Source: Rhodothermales bacterium (GTDB lineage Bacteria > Bacteroidota > Rhodothermia > Rhodothermales > VXPQ01). From it: a DNA stretch of 64,000 bases. The position numbers and the translations under genes are program-made. A model generated the notes under the pieces. It was not told the DNA's origin and did not search any database. It worked only from the letters and a program-made list of their open reading frames with translations. Each line of letters opens with the position of its first letter. The first letter of the stretch is position 1. The stretch is from positions 1,594,844-1,658,843 of the forward strand of contig OZ220686.1 in assembly GCA_965116435.1 (NCBI GenBank), given 5' to 3'. Of the stretch, positions 46,652 to 56,471 are shown piece after piece.

Positions 46652-47689
46652 TCAGATGCCAATGCCCAGCGTCAGAATATGCGTGAACGAGAGCCTGCCG
46701 TAGTCCACGTACGCATAATCGACGCGGCCATTGAAGCCGATCGTCGAGAAATTGAGGCCCGCGCCCGCAGTAAGCCCCTGCTCATCGTAATTCATACGGT
46801 ATCCGCCGCGCGCAGCAAACATGCCAAGCACTTCGTATTCAAGCGCCGCGTGCACCCGCTCGGGTCCGTCGTTCGGATGGACTCCTTCGAGATATCCGCT
46901 GAGCCTGGATTGCCCCGGCGTCGCCTCGCTGCCCAGAAAATCGTACGCGACCCCGAAACGGAAGTCGATCGGCATGCGCACGCTCTGAGGAATCCCGAAA
47001 ACCTCGGTAAAACCTACGTACTCGGCGTCGGGGCCGATATTCTTCGCCACCAGCGCAAGGCGCAGACTGCGGAACCCCGTTTCGAAATACACCCCAAAGT
47101 CAATGCTGAGGTTGTTCACCTCGGTATCCGCCAGGCGCTCCTGGATGTAACTGACGTTCCCCCCCACGGAAAGCCGGTCCGTGATGGCGCGGGCGTAGGT
47201 AACGCCCACCAGCAGGTTGCCCGCAGTAAACGTGCCCAGATCGGCGCTCCGGCTGGTCGTATTCGCCACTTCGTCCAGCACGTTTTCTGTACGCACCATC
47301 TCCCCGGCGTCCAGAGAAGCCACGCGCACGCCCAACACGCCCCACGCGCCAAAATTCTTCGCAAGGGCCCCTGTGTTGTACTGAATATCCGCGACGTAAC
47401 TGATATGGGTGACCGCAAAATCAAGGTTGTCGATAGCCGTCAGGTTCGCAGGGTTATTGAATGCCGCCGTAACGTCGCCGCTCGCTACATGTATGCCAGC
47501 CATGGCGGCGTTCCGAGCCGTCGTGGGAAGATGCAAAAACTGGAAGCCCGTCTGCGCCGTCCGCTGAAATTCAGGCGGATCAATGCCTGCCGCCGTACGC
47601 ACGTTCTGGGCTTGCGCCGGCGACACGCCAAACATGAGCAGCGCCATGAGCAACAAGGGAAAGGCTTTCCATACAGGAATCGATTTCAT
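46652..47689 (-). CDS. PorV/PorQ-family outer-membrane beta-barrel protein (T9SS-associated)
   Basis: Signal peptide. TGFQFLHLPTTARNAAMAGIHVA..AAFNNPANL N-terminal motif. Adjacent to a protein with a T9SS-type C-terminal domain. Confidence 0.65.
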   Translation of the reverse strand: MKSIPVWKAFPLLLMALLMFGVSPAQAQNVRTAAGIDPPEFQRTAQTGFQFLHLPTTARNAAMAGIHVASGDVTAAFNNPANLTAIDNLDFAVTHISYVADIQYNTGALAKNFGAWGVLGVRVASLDAGEMVRTENVLDEVANTTSRSADLGTFTAGNLLVGVTYARAITDRLSVGGNVSYIQERLADTEVNNLSIDFGVYFETGFRSLRLALVAKNIGPDAEYVGFTEVFGIPQSVRMPIDFRFGVAYDFLGSEATPGQSRLSGYLEGVHPNDGPERVHAALEYEVLGMFAARGGYRMNYDEQGLTAGAGLNFSTIGFNGRVDYAYVDYGRLSFTHILTLGIGI

Positions 47690-47734
47690 GATATCATCCT
47701 CTGGTAAAAGGGGTGTTGCAGAAACGCGCTGCGG

Positions 47735-49771
47735 TTACTTGACAATGACGAACTTGCCGACCTTGCTTTCGCCCTCGTGCCCTGGAACATGCGACTCCAC
47801 ATGGAACAGGTATATGCCCGGCGCCACGCGCTGCAAATACTCGTTGACCTGATAATCTGCGGTTGCCCGCGACCCCCAAGCCTCGTCGCCGCTGCCGTCC
47901 GTGTGGTCGATGACGCGAACCAGTTCCCCGGCAAGCGTATAGATGCGAATGGTGCATTGCGCCGGAATGTTCACGAACTCGATGCGGTAGCGCTCTCCCT
48001 CCCCGAGAAGCTGGCTGTGCTGGAAGAAAGGATTCGGATATACCCGAATATCGTCGAGATTATCGCTGGGCTTGGCCTGGGGATACACGGGATCCACATT
48101 GACATTGACCTGCCCGCTCTCCAGCGAAGGCAAGCTGGTTATGCTCGGATCGCCCGGCCAGGGGGTATTGTGTCCCGTGTCGTAGCTGGTCACGGTGTAA
48201 TACACGCCCACGCCCAACTCCAGCCCGGAATCGTTGTAGGTGACCATCCCGCCCTCCATTTCCGCCGCATTGACGGGGATATCCGCGATCATCGTCCAGG
48301 GACCGATGTTGCGGTGCGTCGAGCGGTACACCCGGTAGCCCGCCACATCGTTGACGTTGTAGTCCGGGTCCCGGTACGAGTCGGGAATGGCGGGCCACTG
48401 CACCTTGATGCCCAGCGGAATAGCCGTCAGCGTCAGCGAATTGTTGCCGTTCGTCGGCGTGGGGGGAGGATCCGGCGCTTCGTACCCGCGGTCGTACAAC
48501 TCCTGCGCCGCGTCCACATGCTTCCACAGCCTGACGCCCCCCTCGGGCAAACGCGCTTCGTTTTCGAGCCCGCCCTCTGCAACGTATTTCATATCCATCA
48601 TGCCCGCCGCCACGACCAGCACGAATTTCAGCGACTGGCCCGGCGCCATTTCGTACGGACCCGTCTCATAGATATAGTCTATATGGTATTCGTACCGTCC
48701 CCGGGGACGCGTCGTAAGCCCAAGGCGGGCCGCCTCGGCGGCGAGGGACTGGCCGTCCTCCGTTTCGGGCGGCAACGGCTGATCGTACGTCAGCGACTGA
48801 TAGATGTAATTATCCGTGTCGAAGTCCACCTCCGGGTTGTCGTTCAGCGGATCGTCCTGAATGCGGTTCGAATGCTGGTTCAGGTTGGACTTGTCCACGA
48901 TATTCATGTGATCGCGCTCGGACGGGTCGGACTTGACCGGCTTGTCCAGCCAGTAGTACGTGAAGTACTGCGGCGCCAGGAACTCGTGGTTTATGGCGCT
49001 GGGCGCGTCGAGGTCGGCCGGCTCGCCGAGGTCGCTCCTCGTGAGCCCGAATGGCCGGGGCGGCGCCGGATTGGCCGTGTCGCCGTCCCGCTCCACGCCA
49101 TCCCGGAAATAGAACGCCTCGTGTGCGATATCCCATTCGTACACGTCATCGTCGGACCTGCCGCGAATAGGCAGCGCGATATTCATGGCGCCCGTCGGAG
49201 CGAACCGGAAGTTCGTAATGGCGCTACTGCCCTCGTTCGTAAACGTGTACTCCTGGATGATGAAGTCGTCGTAGTCTGGATAACTCCAGGCGAGGGCGCG
49301 AAAATCAACCCGGACGTCGTACTCGTTGATGCGATGCGCGCCGGTAACCATTTCTTCCGCCTTCAGCGACGGGTCCGCCATGTTGTAATTCGCAATGAGT
49401 TTGGTGCCTTCGACCGGAGAGATGAACGTCGGGTTGTGGTCGTACGCCAGAAGGACGCGGAACGGATAGCCAATGCCGTCGATGTCCGCCCACGTCATAT
49501 ACCCGGACCACAGGAGCCAGCCGCCATGATCGTTCACGTTGCTGCCCAGCGCATGGCCCGGATAATCGTACTTGTAGTACTCCTGGCCGCCCAGCGTCGG
49601 CTGCCCCACGCCGCCTGAATTCCACAGGCGAGCCCAGAGCCTGGCGCGCGTCAGGTCCTTGAAATCGAAGACGGCCTGCGCGGAGGCCGGAGCAGCTAAT
49701 ATTCCAGGCAACAGGCTGCAAACCATTGCGGCGGCGACCAAAAGGCGCAGTACGGTGTGTAATGCATTCAT
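47735..49771 (-). CDS. Secreted protein with T9SS-type (FlgD-Ig-like) C-terminal sorting domain
   Basis: Start at MNALHTVLRLLVAAAMVCSLLPGILAAPASA. C-terminus VYPNPF...CTIRIYTLAGELVRVI...GIYLFHV...KFVIVK is a Por_Secre_tail-like pattern. Confidence 0.7.
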   Translation of the reverse strand: MNALHTVLRLLVAAAMVCSLLPGILAAPASAQAVFDFKDLTRARLWARLWNSGGVGQPTLGGQEYYKYDYPGHALGSNVNDHGGWLLWSGYMTWADIDGIGYPFRVLLAYDHNPTFISPVEGTKLIANYNMADPSLKAEEMVTGAHRINEYDVRVDFRALAWSYPDYDDFIIQEYTFTNEGSSAITNFRFAPTGAMNIALPIRGRSDDDVYEWDIAHEAFYFRDGVERDGDTANPAPPRPFGLTRSDLGEPADLDAPSAINHEFLAPQYFTYYWLDKPVKSDPSERDHMNIVDKSNLNQHSNRIQDDPLNDNPEVDFDTDNYIYQSLTYDQPLPPETEDGQSLAAEAARLGLTTRPRGRYEYHIDYIYETGPYEMAPGQSLKFVLVVAAGMMDMKYVAEGGLENEARLPEGGVRLWKHVDAAQELYDRGYEAPDPPPTPTNGNNSLTLTAIPLGIKVQWPAIPDSYRDPDYNVNDVAGYRVYRSTHRNIGPWTMIADIPVNAAEMEGGMVTYNDSGLELGVGVYYTVTSYDTGHNTPWPGDPSITSLPSLESGQVNVNVDPVYPQAKPSDNLDDIRVYPNPFFQHSQLLGEGERYRIEFVNIPAQCTIRIYTLAGELVRVIDHTDGSGDEAWGSRATADYQVNEYLQRVAPGIYLFHVESHVPGHEGESKVGKFVIVK

Positions 49772-49858
49772 AGCGGGGGATAACTTGGTTTGCAGGTTCC
49801 AGACTGGTATGCGAGCAAGCGCATGGCGCGGCGCTGCCGCCCCGCCATGCGCCACGGA

Positions 49859-52800
49859 TTAAAACTTCAGGCCGACCGTGAAATAGATCATGCGGCGCGG
49901 ATTGCTGACGGCGTTGTAGAAGAACCAGAGATTGTCCTCGCCCGACTTCGTGATTTTGGGCAGTTCTCCGCTCTCTTCCCAGCGCTCCAGATTGTCGCCA
50001 TTCAGCAGGATCTTGTCCTTGTAGTTGAAGAGGTTGAACACCTCCACGCCAATCAACGGACGGAAATTCCCCACGGAAACCTGCTTGTTGAAGGTCAGGT
50101 CCGTGCGGTGATGCGGAGACCAGCGTTTGTTGTTCGGCGTCTGAACGCCCTGGTAGTCCGTCGGATAATACGTGTACTGGGGTCCCGCAAAGTATTCGTG
50201 GTACATGCCCACAGTAATGTCCCCCAGCGCGCCCCGCGCCAGGCTCTGCGGCGTCACGTAGCTCACGTTGCCCTTCACGGTATAACTGGACAGCCACGTA
50301 CCCTTGGTCTCCTCGTAGGAATGCGGTTGATTCACCGTCGAGCCGTCTTCGCGATACTGCGAATAGCCAGCAGATCCCCCGGTCGTCGTGGAGAAATCGA
50401 ACGCGCCGCGCGCCGACCAGCGGCCCGTGAACAGCTTCTCCGCCACGATTTCAATGCCCCGAATGTCCTTGAAGCCATTGTTCGTATAGAAGATATTGTC
50501 GTGCCCGTCGTTGGCGATATTGCGGGTTTTCGACCAAGTGCTTCCGGCGCTGTTGCCTGCCCCCCAGCCTGTGGATGCAAACCCGCCGCCGTTGCGGTTG
50601 TACGTGCCGTTGTACGCAAAGCGCGTCAGGCGGCTGGCGTCCTTGTAATACGCGGCCAGATCAAGGCGGGCGAAATCGAAGAAGTTTTGCGTAAAGCCGA
50701 TTTCGTACTGAATCGTGCGGTCGTAGCTCAGGCCTGGATGGCCATACCATCCCTGCCACTGGTCCATGCGCACCGTGGCGTACGGCGCGGCGTCGTACCA
50801 ACTGGTAGGAAAGCCCATGAGCGAAACCCAGGAAGGACGCTGGTTAAAGTGCCCGTAACTGAAGCGCAATTTGGAGTTTTCCGTAATGGGGAACGACAGT
50901 CCAAGCCGGGGCGAAATCGCCGCCTTCCATTCGCTGGACACCGTTTGCATATCCTGCCAGTTGTCTGGAAAAGCGTCGCGGAAATCCTGCCTGAAGGCAA
51001 ACCAGTCCTTGCCGGGCCGGTGGGCCTGCCAGATCGGCGCGATGTTGTTCGGATGCGTGCCGTCTCCGCCGTTATGCGTCTGGAAGAGCAGCGGGTCGTA
51101 AATATTCGGCGAATACATGGTCCGCGCATTAAAGGCGTCGAAACGAATGCCCACGTTCAGCACAATGCCCTCGTATTCCATCTTGTCCTGCACGTAGAGG
51201 GCGGCTTCCGCAGGGTTGCCGTCGAACACGTTGTCGAGATGCCAGACGTCCCCCGCTGGAAACTCCATGTAGTAATGCTGATAATCGACGTCGTAGAGCT
51301 TCACTTCGACGCCCGCCTTGACCTGGTGCGACTTGTGCAACTGGCTCGTAATGTCCGCCTTGCCCGTCCAGGCTCGACTGTCGCTGTAGTTGTTTACCTG
51401 GATCTGGCGCGCCTCCAGACGGAAATTACCCGCCAGATCGAACCAGCTATCCCCCCAGCGCACGGTTTCCGTGTTCGTATTCAGTTTGTCGTATTCCTGC
51501 AGCGACGTGGTGTAGTCTCGCAGGTAGGAAAGCGCAACCGTGTAGAAGGTGCGGGAATTCAGGGTATGATCCCATTTCAGCGTCCCGACACTGAAGTTTT
51601 TTTCCTCGGGTCCTTTAAGCCAATATCCGCCCCACGGGGCATACGCCGATCCGACGTAGGGATCTCGTACGTCCGCATTGGGCTGCCAACGAGCTTCCTG
51701 CGACGTCGTGGTGTTGTTCCAGTTGCTTTCGGTAAGCGTGCTGCTGTGATACCACCCGTTCGTCACATTGAGCGTCAGCTTCTTCCCTGGGCTGAAATGA
51801 TAGCCCAGCTTCGCCTGGATGTTGTACTCCGGGTTATATTCGTTGGCCTGCGGGAATATGTTCACGCCCCGCTTGTACCGGCCCGAAACGAGGAACGTCA
51901 AGTGATCCATGGGCGACCCCCATACGGAACCCTCCGCTTCGTGCTGCATGCGTTCCGCGTAGTTCGCAAGCACGTCCGACGGCGTGATCTGCTCCTGATA
52001 GGTGTCCAGCAATTCGTTCGCCGTGGGCACGCGCGCACCGTCCCATCCGTAAAATCGGCGGAAATATTCGGCGTACGAATTCCGGTTGGCCTCTGTCTCC
52101 AGCTGCGTCTGCCAGTACCCAAGATCGAAATTGGTGTATTTCCAGAGGTCCTCGCTATACATATTGCTTCCCCAGTGGTACTTGCCCGCCGGGCGCATTC
52201 GATAATTGAGCGCGCCGCCGTAGTGCCGGGAAAATGCGCTCGGCTCGTGGGTCACCACATTTACGACGCCCGACATGGCGTTCCCGTATTCCGCGTTATA
52301 CCCGCCCGTCAACACGGACACTTCCTGAATCGAGGTCGTATTAAGCCGCTGCCAGTTGTCCGAAATCAAACCACTGTTCAGCGAGGTGCCGTCCACCTGG
52401 TAATTGACCTCGCTTTGGACGCCCCCTCGAAGGTACGCCGTGTATCCGGTGTTGTAGATTCCCGCCTGCTGGGCAAGAATATCGTCTATGTTCTGGATGG
52501 GCGTACGGGCCAGGGCCTCGGCGTTCAGACGATGCACGCTGCCCGTGACGTCCCGCTCGACAAGCGGGCGCTCGGCAAAGACGAGCACTTCCTCGCCCTC
52601 CAGCACCTCCTCGCCCAGATCGAAATCAATGGTAGTGGTCTGGTCCACAAACACTTCCACGTGTTGCACCGTGGTCGTTACGAACCCGATGCTGCTCGCC
52701 TGAACGTCATAGGCGCCAGGGGACACATTGATGATGAAGTAGTCGCCGTCCGCATCGGTTACGGCGCCCGTGGTGGTGCCAACAATGACAACGTTTACGC

Positions 52801-52954
52801 CGGGAAGCCCCTGGCCGTTGGAAGCGTCGGTCACGGTTCCGGCTATTTTGCCGGTCGTTTGGGCTGTTGCAGCAGGAACAGCGATCAATGCGAGGACGGC
52901 CAGAAGGGCCAGCGTTACGCGGATAACGGAAAGAGGGCTTGACATTGCGTTCAT
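49859..52954 (-). CDS. SusC-like TonB-dependent receptor with CarboxypepD_reg domain (no SusD partner)
   Basis: Start at MNAMSSPLSVIRVTLALLAVLALIAVPAATA. GKIAGTVTDASNGQGLPGVNVVIVGTTTGAVTDADGDYFI. Plug and a large barrel. C-terminal ...FTVGLKF. Confidence 0.82.
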   Translation of the reverse strand: MNAMSSPLSVIRVTLALLAVLALIAVPAATAQTTGKIAGTVTDASNGQGLPGVNVVIVGTTTGAVTDADGDYFIINVSPGAYDVQASSIGFVTTTVQHVEVFVDQTTTIDFDLGEEVLEGEEVLVFAERPLVERDVTGSVHRLNAEALARTPIQNIDDILAQQAGIYNTGYTAYLRGGVQSEVNYQVDGTSLNSGLISDNWQRLNTTSIQEVSVLTGGYNAEYGNAMSGVVNVVTHEPSAFSRHYGGALNYRMRPAGKYHWGSNMYSEDLWKYTNFDLGYWQTQLETEANRNSYAEYFRRFYGWDGARVPTANELLDTYQEQITPSDVLANYAERMQHEAEGSVWGSPMDHLTFLVSGRYKRGVNIFPQANEYNPEYNIQAKLGYHFSPGKKLTLNVTNGWYHSSTLTESNWNNTTTSQEARWQPNADVRDPYVGSAYAPWGGYWLKGPEEKNFSVGTLKWDHTLNSRTFYTVALSYLRDYTTSLQEYDKLNTNTETVRWGDSWFDLAGNFRLEARQIQVNNYSDSRAWTGKADITSQLHKSHQVKAGVEVKLYDVDYQHYYMEFPAGDVWHLDNVFDGNPAEAALYVQDKMEYEGIVLNVGIRFDAFNARTMYSPNIYDPLLFQTHNGGDGTHPNNIAPIWQAHRPGKDWFAFRQDFRDAFPDNWQDMQTVSSEWKAAISPRLGLSFPITENSKLRFSYGHFNQRPSWVSLMGFPTSWYDAAPYATVRMDQWQGWYGHPGLSYDRTIQYEIGFTQNFFDFARLDLAAYYKDASRLTRFAYNGTYNRNGGGFASTGWGAGNSAGSTWSKTRNIANDGHDNIFYTNNGFKDIRGIEIVAEKLFTGRWSARGAFDFSTTTGGSAGYSQYREDGSTVNQPHSYEETKGTWLSSYTVKGNVSYVTPQSLARGALGDITVGMYHEYFAGPQYTYYPTDYQGVQTPNNKRWSPHHRTDLTFNKQVSVGNFRPLIGVEVFNLFNYKDKILLNGDNLERWEESGELPKITKSGEDNLWFFYNAVSNPRRMIYFTVGLKF

Positions 52955-53200
52955 GCGTTGAACCGGGAAACCGGGCAGATTTTGCAAAAATGGCGGGGAA
53001 GTTTCTCTTTTGGAGCGTTGCGCAAGCATCCCGGGCATGCTTCTGGTCCCGGGACACATGGCCTTCCATAACAGTACATACCCCTCCATTTCAAGAGGGG
53101 CCTATGCCGCCTTGGCAAGGATTATTTAACAAAAATTAAATGGTTCATGCAAAATTCAACGGGAACTTCATTAAAAATTCATCTTTATTGCTTGATTATT

Positions 53201-53211
53201 CCCCCCCCCCC
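53201..53211. repeat. Homopolymer C11 (G11 on the minus strand) about 250 nt upstream of the TonB-receptor operon start
   Basis: cttgattatt-ccccccccccc-tgctttagg, in the AT-rich gap between the radical SAM stop (53235) and the receptor start (52954). Confidence 0.9.
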
Positions 53212-53234
53212 TGCTTTAGGGGCTTATCGAACGC

Positions 53235-54404
53235 TTACTCCCCATCGAACAGGCTCTGCTGTCCACGCGCCAGACGCCGGAAATGCCGGGTGGAGAGGGC
53301 GCGACGTGGCGCATTCAGGCCCCACCGTTTGCGCTCCATGCGGAACAGACGGGCGATCAGGTCCGCCCAGTCCCCCTCGCCATGCATTCGCTTCCCGAAG
53401 CGATTATCCGTAAGATCGCCGCCCCGCAGCGAGGCCAGCCGCCGGATGATCTTGTTTGCTCGATCTGGAAATTCGCGCCGCGCCCAGTCGATAAAAATGT
53501 CCTGCACGGCGCCGGGCAGCCGAAGAATCGTGTAGCCGGCCCCCGACGCGCCCCGGCTCGCCGCCTCCTTCAGAATGGCCGGCATTTCCTCGTCCGTCAA
53601 GCCGGGTACGATGGGCGCCACGTTCACGGAAACCGGGATGCCCCGCGCCGCAAGCAGTTCGATCGCTTTGAACCGGCGGGCAGGGCGGGAGGTGCGCGGC
53701 TCCATGGTGGTCACGAGGTCGTCGCGCAAGGTCGTGATGGACAGCACGACATGGACCAGATTGTAGCGCGCCATCTGTTCCAGCAGGTCGATGTCCCGGG
53801 TCACCAGGTAATTCTTGGTGATGATTCCCACCGGGTTGCGGTGCCGTAGAAACACTTCGAGGCAGCCGCGGGTCAGGGCGAGGCGGCGTTCGAGCGGCTG
53901 GTACGGGTCCGTATTGCCGGACAAGGCCACGACTTGCGGCGTCCAGGATTTCTTCTGGAAGGTCTCCGCCAGCAATTCGGGCGCCCGTTCCTTCACAAGG
54001 ATGCGGGTTTCGAAATCAAGGCCCGCCGAAAAGCCGAGGTATTCGTGGGACGGGCGGGCGTAACAATACACGCACCCGTGCTCGCAACCCCGGTACGGAT
54101 TCAGGCTGTAGGCAAAGCCGATGTCCGGGCTGTCGTTGCGGGCCAGCAGGGTTTTCGTGGCGTCCACATAATAGGTTGTGGGCGTTTGGCGCAAGTCCTC
54201 TTCGTCCAGCGCGGCGGGGTCCTCTTCGATACGCAGGGGCTCGAAGCGATTTGGGGGGTTGATGCGGGCGCCCCGCCCCTGCCGAACGGGCAGTTCGATA
54301 AACGCCGGATAGCCCTCGGCGGGGCGGTCGGGAAGCGGGTTTGGGGGCGACTTCGGGGACAGGCTTGTGGACGAAGCGCGGCGCGGGCGTTTGGGGGTGG
54401 GCAT
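53235..54404 (-). CDS. Radical SAM protein, PA0069/Rv2578c-like family
   Basis: INPPNRFEP...YSLNPYRGCEHGCVYCYARPSHEYLG (CxxxCxxC cluster site). Start taken at MPTPKRPRR (54404). The upstream extension in the track ORF is low-complexity. Confidence 0.8.
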   Translation of the reverse strand: MPTPKRPRRASSTSLSPKSPPNPLPDRPAEGYPAFIELPVRQGRGARINPPNRFEPLRIEEDPAALDEEDLRQTPTTYYVDATKTLLARNDSPDIGFAYSLNPYRGCEHGCVYCYARPSHEYLGFSAGLDFETRILVKERAPELLAETFQKKSWTPQVVALSGNTDPYQPLERRLALTRGCLEVFLRHRNPVGIITKNYLVTRDIDLLEQMARYNLVHVVLSITTLRDDLVTTMEPRTSRPARRFKAIELLAARGIPVSVNVAPIVPGLTDEEMPAILKEAASRGASGAGYTILRLPGAVQDIFIDWARREFPDRANKIIRRLASLRGGDLTDNRFGKRMHGEGDWADLIARLFRMERKRWGLNAPRRALSTRHFRRLARGQQSLFDGE

Positions 54405-54994
54405 GGGGGGGTGGGAGGCAGCAAGCGAGGCGGGTGGTGGGATAGCGGCGGATGGCGTATGAATCGAGCAAAAGGGGTGTGGAGGCGGACGGCGGCGCGG
54501 ACAGAAACAGGGAATATATGTGCAATATATGTAATTTACAGATGGAAAGCAAGAAGAGAGTTCGTTTGGCGTGGACTCTGGATTCGTCAGGACATGGCGG
54601 CTATGCATCGGGAGCGTCAGCGATCCGGTGGCGATCAAGCCGCCCTTCGCAAAGAGTGCATTCGAAGGGAACATCCTGAATACTCACACTGTCCAGCAAG
54701 AAGAACCAGTTGCTTGGTAAAGCACGGCGCAAGCGACGCCGGTGCGCTTGGTTTCCAGCCTGTCAGGCATTACAATGCAGAGCGTGGATGATGATTCTTC
54801 CGACTCAACGAGAAGTGCAAACAAGCCCTGAAAAGAAAACGAGAGGAACAGGTCCACGGAGATCGACGGAAACGGTTCGCGCTCCCGGGAAGAATTTCCG
54901 CGCTAAAAAGAATGGAGTAAGCGCACCATCGAGCGCCCGCACATCCCGACCGACATCGCAAACCTTCCAAACCGTGCAGCGCCGCGGAGTGGGG

Positions 54995-56098
54995 ATGTTC
55001 CTCGGAGATGTGCTGGAGATGTACGACCAATGGCCCGCCCCGGTCGTCATCGTGTCCGATGGAGCATACGGAGTGTCCGGCTTTCCTGGCGATACTCCCA
55101 CGGCTGACGGACTGATCGATTGGTATCGTCCCCATGTACAGGCGTGGTCGAAATCTGCGACAGGCGAAACTACACTCTGGTTCTGGAACACCGAGATCGG
55201 GTGGGCAACGGTCCACCCGCTGCTCGTCGAATTTGGCTGGGAATATGTTGGCTGCAACGTCTGGGACAAGGGCATAGCACACGTATCGGGCAACACGAAT
55301 TCAAAGACGCTGCGGCGATTTCCGGTGACCACGGAGGTATGTATCCAGTACGTGCGACCACCCAGGTTTCTGATTTCCGGCCGCGAGGTCGAGATGAAAA
55401 AGTGGTTACGTTGGGAATGGATGCGGGCCGGCCTTCCGCTCAACCGGGCCAACGAGGCCTGCGATGTCCGAAACGCCGCAACTCGAAAATATCTCACGCA
55501 GGACCATTTGTGGTACTTTCCTCCGCCGGAAGCCTTTCAGCGTCTCGCGGACTATGCCAACGCGCACGGCCACTTGGAAGGGCGTCCCTATTTTTCCCTG
55601 GATGGCAAGACCCCGCTCACCGCGCGCGAGTGGGCGCACATGCGGTCCAAGTTTCACCTCGAACTCGGCGTCACAAACGTATGGAACGAAGGAGCCGTGC
55701 GTGGCAAGGAGAGGGTTCGCCACGCCAATGGGTCAGGAGGCTTCATCCATGCCAACCAAAAACCCGTACGTCTGATTCGTCGGATCATTGAAGCATCTTC
55801 CGGCCCGGGAGACATCGTGTGGGAACCTTTCGGCGGACTGTGCACAGCCGCTGTTGCCTCAGCCGATCTGGGCCGACGCTGTTTCGCCGCCGAACTGCTG
55901 CCAGAGTACTTTTCCGCCGCTACCCTTCGGCTCAGGAACGCCGAACAAAGACGGACGAAATTTCCGACAAGGCCGAGGAAGACGCAGGGCGGAACTTCGG
56001 GCGAATCGCCCGGACAGGGATCATGGACGACTTCACAAATCGGGCAGGAAACCGGCTCCTGTCCGGTATTGAAGCCCGCCATTGGCGGAGTTTCCTGA
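54995..56098 (+). CDS. Beta-class N4/N6 DNA methyltransferase (N6_N4_Mtase-like) with non-canonical motif IV (S-D-G-A-Y instead of [DS]PP[YF])
   Basis: MFLGDVLEMYDQWPAPVVIVSDGAYG (motif IV region first), later HANQKPVRLIRRII and IVWEPFGGLCTAAVAS (motif I-like FxGxG). This motif order marks the beta class. The C-terminal ~55 aa are low-complexity. Confidence 0.7.
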   Translation: MFLGDVLEMYDQWPAPVVIVSDGAYGVSGFPGDTPTADGLIDWYRPHVQAWSKSATGETTLWFWNTEIGWATVHPLLVEFGWEYVGCNVWDKGIAHVSGNTNSKTLRRFPVTTEVCIQYVRPPRFLISGREVEMKKWLRWEWMRAGLPLNRANEACDVRNAATRKYLTQDHLWYFPPPEAFQRLADYANAHGHLEGRPYFSLDGKTPLTAREWAHMRSKFHLELGVTNVWNEGAVRGKERVRHANGSGGFIHANQKPVRLIRRIIEASSGPGDIVWEPFGGLCTAAVASADLGRRCFAAELLPEYFSAATLRLRNAEQRRTKFPTRPRKTQGGTSGESPGQGSWTTSQIGQETGSCPVLKPAIGGVS

Positions 56099-56265
56099 AG
56101 ATATTCACCGAAACCGCAAACGAGGCGCACATTGAGGTAGCCTTGGCCCGATTGGAGGAACACGTAGAGAAGGCATCCATCCAGCAACAAGAGATGGAAA
56201 ACGTGCGCACAGTCGTTGACACGTTGGCGAACATGCTGTGGCCAAGACCAGACACGCCGCGATGA
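56023..56265 (+). CDS. Possible small ORF (80 aa) overlapping the methyltransferase 3' end in another frame
   Basis: MDDFTNRAGNRLLSGIEARHWRSFLKIFTETANEAHIEVALARLEEHV... has protein-like helical composition. No recognisable family. Confidence 0.25.
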   Translation: MDDFTNRAGNRLLSGIEARHWRSFLKIFTETANEAHIEVALARLEEHVEKASIQQQEMENVRTVVDTLANMLWPRPDTPR

Positions 56266-56333
56266 CGATCCGTACCGCTGTACGCCCACGCTATATCGCG
56301 CCCCAGCCCAGCCCCTAAGGGCAAATCTTTCTT

Positions 56334-56458
56334 TCCATTCACCAGCCTAAATAATTTAGGCGCGAAATTTTGAAGGTTAAATAATTAAGGCGACTCTGGT
56401 TGGCTCGGGGAATGGGGTTGGGGATGGAATGGTCTGGAGGCATTAGGCATTGCCCGGC
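56334..56458 (+). repeat. ~110-125-bp direct repeat, copy A, with AT-rich palindromes
   Basis: tccattcaccagcctaaataatttaggcgcgaaattttgaaggttaaataattaaggc...ggtctgg..attgcccggc aligns with 58637-58743. Contains the perfect 17-nt palindrome GCCTAAAT-A-ATTTAGGC (56345-56361). Confidence 0.8.
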
Positions 56459-56471
56459 GGTGGGCTTTAGG

